NCBI GenBank assembly: GCA_040954595.2
Contig: CM082576.2
Location: forward strand, 12,279,129 to 12,343,128
Direction of reading: 5' to 3'
DNA length: 64,000 nt
Source of the DNA: Balanoglossus misakiensis
Taxonomy: Eukaryota > Animalia > Hemichordata
Shown: positions 1-12,200 of the stretch, one piece after another
Numbering within the stretch: position 1 is the stretch's first letter
Layout: every line of letters starts with the position of its first letter
The notes under the pieces: model-generated
Databases searched by the model: none
Told to the model about the DNA's origin: nothing
What the model saw: only the letters and a program-made list of their open reading frames with translations
Translations under genes and position numbers: made by a program

Positions 1-20
1 CGCAGTCTGGTTTCGCATAC

Positions 21-251
21 CTGTTTCTGAATGATGTCTTCACTCTCAAAGTGCTCCCGTTCGACAAGGCCGCTGCTCAGTTTCTGGAGGTGGGCAACAG
101 TGTCTTTGAAACCCTCAAGATCTAGATCTAGGGCTTCCAGTTTCTTCAGGAGTGCCTGGACCGAATCCTCGTCCTTGCCATAGTCGGAGCTCGTCAACAG
201 AGGGCGCTTTTCTTTCATCCAGGACTGGGCCTCCTGCACTTCTGCGTAGAA
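21..251 (-). CDS. SPTBN5: beta-H spectrin exon 59 (last in window)
   Basis: [42 protein letters not shown]; 231 nt; donor gtatgc at 20. Confidence 0.92.
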
Positions 252-3200
252 CTGTTGAGTGAGACAACATTGCACACTCAGACAAATTCAACAAAAATAT
301 ATTCATTCCTAAGGTTTAAACAGTGAAACTTAGAAACTAAAGTCAACCACCTTCCTTGTGAAATGATTGCCACATTCTGCCATGCCTGACTTTCTTGTAT
401 TTATTTATGAATTAAATCATCACCATCATCATCATCACCACCACCATCATCATTATTATCATCATCGCATCATCATCTTCATTGCCACCACTACCACTAA
501 CACCACCATCATCATCACCACCACCACCACAATCATCATCACCGCCATCACCACCACCATCTTCTCCCCAATATACCACATACCATTTGAGATTCCAATG
601 CATCCGTCAAGGTCTTCTTCCTGTCCGCGGCCACGTACTTCAACTCATCCAACATCTCCTGCAGTTCAATGCTTTTGCTTTCAATGTTATCACTGGCATA
701 GTGTTTCTGACTGACCAGGTATTCTCCCCTCTTTGTCACTGATCCAACCAGAGGTTCGTGCGATTTGATCTCTGCCTCCAGTGCCTGTCAACAGCAAATG
801 ATAAACCATCAGTATTTTGCTTTAAATAGCACACGTAAAATTATTTTAGGATAATGACAAAATGTCTTGATTTTGATCAAAAACAAAAATAATTTAAAAT
901 AATTGAGAACTTCACTGAGAGCTGAACACTTTATGAAAATACTGGAAGTATTTATGTATACATCTCGGATATAAAATCTGGGAATGTTGGCTATTAAGTC
1001 ATATCCTAAATTTCCTGTACACAACAGACACAAGTCAGTAACAAATAGAAAGATCTAAACAAATCCAGACTGAAATTCACACAACAAAGAATTTAATTAA
1101 AAAAACCTGAAAACTCTGAAATTTCTCACTTGATGCTTCTTCATCAGGGACTGCACAGTATTCAGATTCTGTCCCAGTTCTTTGGAAGTCGCCAGGGGCT
1201 CTTTCTCCCGGATCCACGACACCTCATCTTCCACATCCCTGTAGAACTGATAGAGCGACCGCGCCTCCTCCAGACTGGCCCTCCTCACTTGCATGGGTTT
1301 CTTGAGAGCCAGGTATCGCTTGGTGACTGCGTTGGCCCTCTCCGTCAGCTGGTCGGCCAGGAAGTGGCCGTGCTGCTCGAATTCCTCCGCTTGGGCCTTC
1401 ACTTCGTCTATCCTCGGTTGATAGTTGACCACCTGGCTTTCAAGGTGCTGGTGTTTCTTCAACAGGTAGTTAATACTGGTCAAATCTTTACCCAGGTCCT
1501 CAGACGCTAGTTGTATCTCTACGTCAACCATCCAACTGTCTAAGTCATCAAGGTTACGCTGGAACATCAGAGCCTGCAAGGAAGATGCAACAATTTGTGT
1601 GAACATGACCCCCGTCACAGCAGGAATGGCAATTTTCACCAGGAATTTCATAACGCTTGCCCCACAAACACCAACTTCTGACCACCACAGAGCCCAGGAA
1701 TATCTCAGTGAAGGAAATGTGTCTAAGGAAATGTTGGAGAATTTCAACTCACATGATAAGATTCCTGTAGTCTTTCCTTCTTCTCCGTTGACTTGTCGAC
1801 CAACTGTTCCCACGAATGCTCAAGCTCCGTCAACTTGTGCTGGATTTCTTCCGATGCAAAGTGCTTGTTCGCGATGAGTTGGGATCCCTCCTGTGTAAGA
1901 CAGACAACAATGAAACGAGGTCATGAATGATTAGCCTGGAGTGGACTCTTATTTTTAACCACAAAAAGGAAAGAGATTGAATGAAGTAAGCTACACTGTA
2001 AAGTTCACAGTAAATCACAGAATTGTATTAAAATGAAATATTTGTTGGAAACTACACTGACTTCAGATATAATGCAAGAGAAAACGATATGCAAATTCCT
2101 GGACAAGATGACACTTTTAATGAACTCACATCACCAACACTTTCCAGCCTGCCCTTGTTGGCAGTCAGTTCCGCTTCAAACGCCTGGTGTTTCTGCAACT
2201 TGCCCTGCAGGTTTGTGGGATCTCTGTAGTTCTCATCGCAGGCAACCTGCAACTTCTCCGCAATCCAGGCTTCCACTTCGTACATGTTCATCAAGAACTG
2301 TTGAAGCTGTCTCGACTCTTCCAGGGTCCTCCTCCTTGCCGACGACAACTCAAACAACTTGTCTCGCCTAGCAACGTTAAAAAAAAGACCAGATAAACAT
2401 ATATTTACATTTGAAAGCCATCGGTACTTGGAATATGAAAATCAAATAATTTTGCATTGATTCAAGTGATGATGTCTTGATAGAACTGATCTCTATTTGT
2501 TGTATGTTTTGAATAACAGAAAATTATTATCATCTCATGAACTTGTTATAATAAGGTTTTATACATTTTGTTTGTCCACTCTTTAGTAGTAGCTGTAGCT
2601 TGAGATATTCAAATTCTACATAAAGGACTTCCATTGGACAAAGTGCTTTCATTTCTGACAAATCTAAAGAGAATTTCCCTGAAATGTATGCTACATTTTC
2701 AACTGTACCTGTCCAGCACGGCATTGCATCTCTTTGTGACAGCATCCGAATCATAATGTCCGGCTTCAACCAACTCCTTGGCAAAAGTCTGCAGTTCATC
2801 AATCTTTTCTACTTGCGTGTCTAGGGTCTTCTCAAAGCCGTCGTGTTTTCTCAGCAAGGACTCCACGCCAGCAAGGGAGTCCTGAAACGGACAAGAAAAA
2901 ATGATTTTTGAAATATGAAATACCATATTATGACTACTGGGATCATTTTATACCAATGGTTCTAACCACCACAACACTACCTTACAAATATGCAAACACA
3001 AAGGCATAGACAATCACAGATGTACCTCTGTACAAATGCACATGGCATTACTTGTATTAGCTGACAAATAATAGTAGCATCTGACAAAAGTCAAGAGATA
3101 GAATCATTTAACCATGGGTTACAAATTTGATACTTGGAGTCGTTCAGAAACGCAATAGTCGTAAAGAAAAAACTCACCCCGACATCATCATTGTTGAGGA

Positions 3201-6200
3201 ATGCTTCCTTGGTTCCAAGCCATGCTTCAGCTTGTTCTACATACTCATTGAACACCTAGATCACGACAAAAGAAATCATTAACATACATGAACATGTAGC
3301 TATCTATTAAAAGTGACAAAAATTGTCATAATATTCCATCATATTTTAAGTCTCCACTTTTGTTTGTGATGCGACAAAGGAAACCAAATGAAGTGAGCGA
3401 ACATCGGGAATTCTTACCATGAGATCATAACATTGCGCAAGCAGTACTTTCTGTTCTTCCCAAGTGTCGTACAGATTCTGTCTGGCCAAGGCAAGGTGCT
3501 GCAGAGTTTGTTTGATGTCCTCCGATGCGTAGTGGTTAGAGTTGATCAAATTCTCACCAAATTCAGTCACCGCTTTGAAAGACGCATCTCTGCTGTCAAT
3601 CTCAACCTGTCAAAGATAACACATTTTTTTAAAGATTATTTTTTCAAATTCCAACATTTGTACTGGTTTCATGGATCATTTTTTGTATTCAAGATAATAA
3701 GCACATGCACTATACAGAATATATAAATCCCCCTCCCCCACCCTCTCTCCCCCTCCTTGTCTACCTTACATGCTCCTGACACACCTTCAAGCCTCACACA
3801 TGCTCTCCAACGGAACACACAGCTGCAGAAACCATTTAAAATTTAAAAATGAAGACCCAAAAGCCCCTACCTTTCTTTCTTTATGCAACTCCACCATATT
3901 GTCTGCCTCTGAGGTGTCTTTAGCAAGTTCAGCCGCTGTCATCTTCTTGATCATGTCATTCACCCAGGTGATCTGGAAAAGTGATGATTGGGAGAAAAAT
4001 ACTGTTAGAAGGTTATGTACGGGCACACGTTAACTCAAAATTTTCCTTGCCAGCATTTGTCAACTTGAACCTACTTCTGCTGGTAGAATATTTCGGATGT
4101 ACATGTAATGGTACTTGCATGAGGCAATACTGTCCACTCGGGAATAAAATGTTGTATGTATGCTAACACGTACAAATAGTGGCATGTACACTAAACTTTG
4201 ACAAAGAATGACGTAGATGTACATGTAAGTACAGCCACACATAATACCATTAGTTTCATTATGACAAATCACTATCACTACTATTATTGCAACGAAGCCA
4301 CCTACCAAATCTCTGTTCTCTTTGTTGAATTTCTGTAAATTGTAAGAATCCTTGAGCTTTTCAGTCCGGGCATCGGCTTGCTGGTTCAGTCTGTTCCAAT
4401 TCTCGTGCAAGTCGCGGTGCTTGTCATCGATGACGGCTGCATTCTGTGGATACTTGCGCTTCAAGTGATCACCGAGTCTGTCCATATCCTGATGGAAAAA
4501 CAACATTCACAAATTACACATCAATGACAGAAATCAGACTATTTCTGATGGAAGAATGTACAGTACTGTATATTGCCAGCAACATGCTACTGTGTCTTAT
4601 TTAGGAAAACTGCTGGGAACGTTATATACTCATTTGATCTTACCTTTATCTTGTGTGCAATGGCAATCATGTCTCTTTCCAAATCATCGTGTCTTCTCTG
4701 CAGAGCTTCCACTCCGGGCAAGTCCCTTCCGTAGTCATCACTGGATGCAGCTAGACACTGGAAACAAAACACACAGGCAAAGAAATCAGTTAGGTTGACT
4801 TGTCAATGTGATGCATGCTACAGTCCATGTGGGGAAAAACACTGCTTACACACTCTTGTGAAAAGTCTAGTCACACAAACATCATTCCCATTGGCCCATT
4901 GATTGTATTGGTTTTTGAAACAAATTTGAACATTCTATAAACAATAACTAATTAAAGTATACACAACAGTTTACAAAATCAATTATAAAATGACTGAAAG
5001 CAAACAAGACCAGCAAAATGTGAATCAAATCAGTAGTGAATGCTGCAGTATTTACCTTTTCATTGATTCTGTCGTTGGTTTCATCAATATCTCTGTTGAA
5101 GGAATGAATTTCCTGTGCTGCCGCCAGCTTAGCACGGTATTCTTGTAACCCATCCTGAATTTTAAACCACCTGTAATACGAGATCAAATTCATTATTGTT
5201 TGACAGTGTGTACGTGTAGAACAGAATGATTTACCATTCTGTCATCTTCAATCCTCCCCTCCTATAGTATTGTCAGATAGAACAGTCTAATTGTGTTCAC
5301 AATGGGTTAGTTGATTTCTTGGCAAGTTTAGGGGTCACCGACTCAATGCGGAGGTGCACTCACCTATCATTGATGTCTTCTCTCTTCTGTTCCACAGCCT
5401 CAGATTCCGTGCTTTGATCTCTGACAAGTTTGTCTGCCAAGTCATTGATGAGTTGGATCCTGCCTTCATCCACACCCATGCTCTGGAAACAACAAACATG
5501 TGACCAGGATCTCATTACATGGAAATCACAAACTGGAATGTGTTACATACATGTATGAGAAGAATTCCTTTCCAGGGACATTTTATGAACAGGGTGAACA
5601 CATACAAAATCTAAATATCCTGTATTTTATTCTATCATTCTCCAAAATAAGCCACTCTTAGTGTATACATGAGACTATTTATCTGAAATAATGTAAGCTA
5701 CATAGTAGCTGTTACCAGGCAATATAATGTATTTGACATAGCTGTTACCAGGTAACATAATATATTCAACATAGCTGTTACCAGGTAACATAATATATTC
5801 AACATAGCTGTTAGCTAAAATAATAAGCAGCGCCCTCACACTTTAGCTTCACTGCAATTTGATCAATCAGGAAACTTGTCAATTTCTGACACAGATTTGT
5901 TTTCATTTGTTTTGTTTATTTGTTTGCTTGTTTTCCTGAGTTGAAATGGACAGGATGGCTACTCACAGTTCCAAAGTCATCCAATTTTTTCTGCAGTTCC
6001 ATGCAGTGTTCATAGTCACGTCCCAACTCACCAGCAGCTATCATCATTTCCTACGCAAAGGAAAAATCAACAATAGATCCTTTTTTAATAAGGGAGAAAA
6101 ATTTACAAGCTGTCATCGCTGGAAAATATGCAATCTAGGAAAGAAAGACCTTGGTTCAGCCATGCCAGAGACCATGCTGTATAAAAGAAGTAGACATACA

Positions 6201-9200
6201 GAGTAAAGAAGTTATGATGATTTTGTCCTATCACCACATCCTGCAAAAACCCTAACCCTGAATAGTTGGGATGCTTCCCTTATATACAGGCATTGACTTC
6301 AAATGTGAAAAGACCAACAGATACCACAAAGCAGTAACCGAACTATCAATTACCCATACACCAACTGAAATAAAGACAAAAATCTGAACACTTATGATAC
6401 TGGGACAGTTTTCTGCATCTGAGATTGTTTTGTAATCCCCAATGACTGTCTTTGGTGAATCAAACATCTTGCTGAATCTGCCAGTAGTTTTGTTTATTGG
6501 TTTTATTGCTGTTGTTGTTGTTGTTTCAACAGTCAGTTTGTTCATTGGTGTCGTTAATAGTCTTTGCTTGTGAAAATCACTTGTAAGAGCGCACTGCAAC
6601 GAAATCTTGAGTTTGTGACTCAGGAGCGAGAAACTTCTTTGCCATCTTCTGATGTTTCGCATTTATTGAAACAATTTCCAAGCTGAAATTCAGCAACAAT
6701 ACAATAACAAGGAGTCATGAAGAACCTGGATAACAGTTCACCAAAAAAATAAACAAGAAAAAAAGACCAAAGAGGGGGTAAAGTTTATATGCTTTCCACT
6801 GAATCAGATAAAGAGACAAGGAGAGCCCGTTGGTATAACATGACATGCAGTCTGGCAGATGTCCAATCGTGTCATTTCTGATGCCACGGTAACCCACCTT
6901 GTTTGAATACATACGGACTGCATAGATGGGCCACACCTGATAGACAAACAAACTCTATCAGTGCGAATACATAATATGATATGAAATTCTACGCCTGACA
7001 TAATGCACAAGATGTGCAGACTGAACAAGCATGTTTATGGTTAGTAGGGTTCATGAAAGACAATTCACGCCAGCCCTACTCAGGTGTAAGTAAGCTGGAC
7101 ATTGTCCCCATAGAGAATTCTTTTAGTCTGTACTAGGTCCTACCCTGGGGTAGTCAGAGTTTTCCAATGTGAGCAACATTGTTATGTGGTACATAGGTGA
7201 CTGTGATAAGACTGTCTGGCTTGAGTGTGCAATTTGTGGTTTATCTCATGGAAATTATCTTATCTAGGATAAGATGAGATGAGGGTGGACATGTTGCGTT
7301 TCAAAGAACACTCCACTCTTGGTATTTTTCCAGAAACTGTACAGCACACGTCAACTTTATCTTGCTACTAACAAGACTACCAGGGTATTCCCCAAAACCT
7401 GTCGCTGTAAAAAATGTAATGCAGTTCTACACTGTTCGTTTCTCAAGTGGATAGCTGTCAAAATTGTGTTAACAAAAAAATTAATTTAAAAAGAAATGAT
7501 TTTCCAGCTTTCAGAAACTCTAACACAACAATGGAAATGTTCAAAAGGTTCAAGGTGGCAGAAACCAGTACCCAAGTTCAAATGGCACCCTGAAAACAGA
7601 ATCGTACATGTCATCAAATCTAAACTTATTTTATCTATGGATGGGTGTATACAGGAGACAGCTATGTGCAATATTAGTTGGTTGTTTCAAACTTAACACC
7701 TGTAAGACAAATCAACAGTTTGGTTTAATGAGAAGCATTTTTCTTGTTGAACTCTGACAGAACCTGGCATTTATCAAATCCAACATTTATAAGATAACTG
7801 AACCCCTGAATTCCCCTGGTCAACGGTTACTCAGGTAGCGGGGTTCCACCCATGGAAACTGATAATGACCAAAAAAGCGGACATCACGTATCCTAGATAC
7901 GGCACATAACACACGTATGCGGCCAAGATATTACCAGTAATGCTTGTTAACTGTTTTTTTCTACCAGCGTACCTTTTCTCTCATCCAGGTCTCGACAATA
8001 TCAACCTGCCGATTGAATTCCAGGATATCCTTGGCCTCGTCCAAGAAACGTCCTCTGTCGGCCGACGCCTGCACCAGTTCATTCCAGTGTTGCAGGAGAG
8101 CTCTCACTCGGTCTTCAATGTCTGCAGAGTTTTCGTGTTGTTTTTCAATGAGAGCGTTGCCAGCCTGGGAGAAGAGGAAAAGGAAGTTAGCATTAAAATG
8201 TCGCCATCTTCTGTTACGTGATGGATGGATATGCAAAATGAAACAACAACAAAATGTCGGTCTTTTGGGAAAGGTAGTTATACCTGTATGCAATTGAAAA
8301 TGAAAGCATGAAGATTAAAACAACTGATTTTTGTTCCAACTTTCATTGCTGACATGTGTTAACAACGTGGTGATGAATTACACTCACTTTACATATTCAG
8401 CAAAACTTAAAGCCTGTCATAAAAGTATTGAAATGAAACAGATGTGTCGTCATGATGCACAAACAGTGGACAATGCTACGCAACCCCATACCTCTTGGAT
8501 CTCTCCAATTTTGTTCCTATTGGCGACAATCTCCGCTTCCAGTGCTTGGTGGCGCTTCAGTTTCTTCATCTTCTCCTGGATGTCCTTCACATCCTTGTAA
8601 GATTCGTCTTTGGCAATCTTCAACTTCTCATCGATCCATGCTTCCATCTGTCAACAAGAAAACAAGATACACTTCTGTCAATTACGCATTCAATGCAATT
8701 TTAAGATCATGACTTCCTGATTCATGGATGAGCTGGCATTCAAGAAAGCAACAACGTAATTGCAGAACGATACTGGTGTAATGAACTCACATCTAGAACA
8801 TCAGCATTGAAATGTGCATACAACATGGCATCTTCAAGTTTTTCCTTCCTCTTAGCACTGTCTTCTTTGATCTTGTGCCTCCTATAATATCGAGAAAAAA
8901 TGAAAAACATGATTTCAACGACATACACCCAATAATGTAATGACTCCATGTTTGTTTCATTTTCTAATATATACAAAAGTTTCAAACTGGTCAATTTGAA
9001 AGTGAAAGGACCAAGTAATGTATTTTGAAGAAATGCATTTCTCGTTTGTAGAGAAGGACAAACAGAAATTCATGACTAAGGAATAGTCACATGACTTCCT
9101 GACCTGTCTTTGACCTCTTGAAGCCTGTCATTAATGGCAGGGGCTTGGCTATGGTGTTCACTTGTCAATTTTTTGGCAAAATCTTCCAATGCAGCAAGCT

Positions 9201-12200
9201 GTGAGAGAGACAGACATGGACAGAAAAATGTCAAACATCGGTCATGAAAATATTGATCATATTTTTTACCTCTCACAGGACCCAAATCTAGGCAACACCA
9301 AGGTTAATCCACATTAACAGTAAAATGGCTTCACTTTACATGATAAAACACCAGTACATGTACTTACCTTCTCATCTTGGGCAACCAGCAGTTTCTCAAA
9401 GTTTTCATGTTTCCTCTGAAGAGCTTCAACCTGGTCAACTGTGTTACCAAAGTCACTGCTGGCTAAATACACCTTCAGAAACAAAGTAAAATTTACAACA
9501 GTGAGCAAAGAGTGCAGAAATTAAAAAGAGAATCTACCAGTATATTTTCGAAATTACTCAAACGTATTCTCTCTATTGTCAAATTTGTGTCAGAATACAT
9601 TGTATTTTCAATCTGTGAAATTTGAACAGGAGAAATTTGATCATATTATGCAAAATGAGAACACTTGATTTCTCATTCATAGGCTGCCTTGTGTCAAAGT
9701 TCACAAATGACCCCTGACCTCTTGTTGACTGCTGAGGGTGTCCAATTGCTTGGCATCTCTCATGAAAGCTTGGTAGTCATACTTTTGGTCCAAATCATCT
9801 TTCTTCCTCTGCCAGTTGGCGTGAAGATGTTCCCGGTCCTGCAGCACAGCGTCTAGTTTCTCCTGGATCTGAAAAGCAAACAGATGTCGTACAGGAAAAT
9901 ACATGTTAGTTATGAGCTGGGGCAATAATGTACAATGAGGAGCAATTTGACTGCATGTGACACAAAGATGGCCTCCGTGATCAAACGCCATTAACTCCAG
10001 GCACTGTCTTTGCAGTGCAAGCACCAGGTTTCTAGTAACTGTAAGAGTTCATGAAGTGGTATAGAGTACTTCACTTTTTACTTGCCATACGTGAACCTCT
10101 AGCCAGACCAAAGTAGGGTCTGATGGCAATACAAACCATTGACAAAACAACCACAGTATAACAACAGATGCTAAGGTTACAACAGCAGCTATCAAAACTA
10201 CAGATAAATTCTCTTCCAAATTTAATTAAAGGACTAGACTTTAATTCCTTGGAGATCTGACCTACACTGCATCAAAACATTTATGAGCAATGACCATAAA
10301 TACAGACACTTTACCTCATCGCTTGCATAGTGGTCTTGACCGATCAGACTTTCGCCTGTTTGGGCAAGAGCGGCAAAGTTGTCCTCTCGGGCGTCGATCT
10401 CCGCTTTCAACTGATCATGTTCGTTCTTCAGGGCCTGGACGCTGGCCACATCTCTGACCGGGTCCTCCATCATCATGGCTCTGTTGACCTCTTCCGTCCA
10501 GGCACTCAAGTCTCGACCCTTGAGGAGCAGGGGATTGAAACGAGTGAGAAAACTCAGAAAACTAAGGTAATTGTGAGGAATAGAATCAAACACTCCCGAG
10601 GACCTTGGATAAGATTTCTTACTCACTGTGGATATTATGTCTCATTTCAGCTCCGGGCAAGTGTAAGAAAAAATATCCCTATGTGTAAGAAGTCTTATTC
10701 CAGGTCAATGGTGAAAAAGAGAATTTTTTTGCACTACATGTACACACATTGAATTATTGACTGAAAGCCTGTAGTCTGGTATGTTATAGTTCCTATCCAG
10801 CTTCAAGAAAAATTAAATGTGTAAGGTTGTTAGCCTCAGAGTTCAAAAGATTCAAATGTTCCACTCACTGCTGCCAGGAACTTCTGCAGGTCATGTGACG
10901 CTCCCAGATCATCTTTCCTCTTCTTTGCCTTGTCCTGCAGATCATTCCAGGCATCTACAACCATTTCCTGTTGTTTGGCTATGTTCTCCGCATTCTCGCC
11001 GGGATAGGCTTCCTGCAGCCTTGCCGAGTCATCCAGCAAAACTTGCAACTACGGATCAAGGAAGAAAATAATTACAAAACTCTGATTTACTTCCTTGGAT
11101 GGCAGATACACATTGGCCAAAACCAAAATGGTACAGGTGCAATGTTTCATGTGCTGGAGTTCGATTGGCCAATATCCTCACCTTATTAGCATATATCCCA
11201 TATCACCCAATCATTAAAAAGGGCTGACACACTCAAAAGTCACTCAAAATTACAGGGCTTTCCAGTTTTTCTTGCGATTTTTAAGGAACGTTTTCAGTCA
11301 AAAACACGCAATCTTTAATGAATGATTATGATGCAGTCTTGTCAAAGTAATTCTGTCAAATGTTTTACACAGTCATCAACATCTAGGAGCGGGTTTCATT
11401 TTCAGAAGACCTCCCAGAAGACTACTGTGCCCCAATACAACAATTATTTCATTCAAGTCTTACCTATCACAACAGACCTCACAGAAAAGACCCTGGTTTG
11501 GTTTGTTCAAACAATCTATTTTTCATTCCTCTGACTTGTCAGTTCCTGCCCAACATTTCTCACACATACTTCCCCATCATTGCACACCTGTGACCTGCTT
11601 CCCAGAGTTACTGCACTTGATACACATACCAAAACACTATTTCTCCGAGTTAAGAGAATGGCTGACATTGTTTCCATTCATCTTTGACCTCCAGGGTAGG
11701 TGTTTGGCATGCCACACCTGGACATACCAGCATCTCCCAGGACGGAATTCTCAGCAGTTTCAAAAATGAAACAAGAAAGCCTTCATTCACAGCTAATCAA
11801 TCTCCATCACTCATACAAAGACACCAATTATTTGCAGGGTACTCTACATACCTGTCCCTCCAGGGCTACCAGATCACTCTCATATGCCTCGTGTTTTTTG
11901 ATCAGTCCCTTCACAGTGTTCAAATCTTTGCCGAGATCCTCCGGCAGGGCTGCTTCCTTCTCCTGTACAAGAATACAAAAAATACAACTATGCATGAATA
12001 CATTAACACAACCACAAGTTAAAACTATATCAGTTGAACACTTGAAAACATCAGAATTCCATGATATGTCCTGATACCCAGATACATGTACATCAATATT
12101 ATTTCATATAAAGACAAAAATATTCCTGGTGGCAAATAATGCTTGAAATGGAATGCACTGGCAACACAAGATTTTACAAACCTGAATCCTAGAGAGTGCT

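Noticed and set aside
367-742. His/Thr-rich, Pro/Ser-rich and Gly/Asp-rich ORFs
   Set aside because: All are translations of the CAT/CAC microsatellite plus the antisense of exon 58
5706-5813. CRISPR-like direct repeats
   Set aside because: Head-to-tail units with no unique spacers, in a eukaryotic intron with no cas genes
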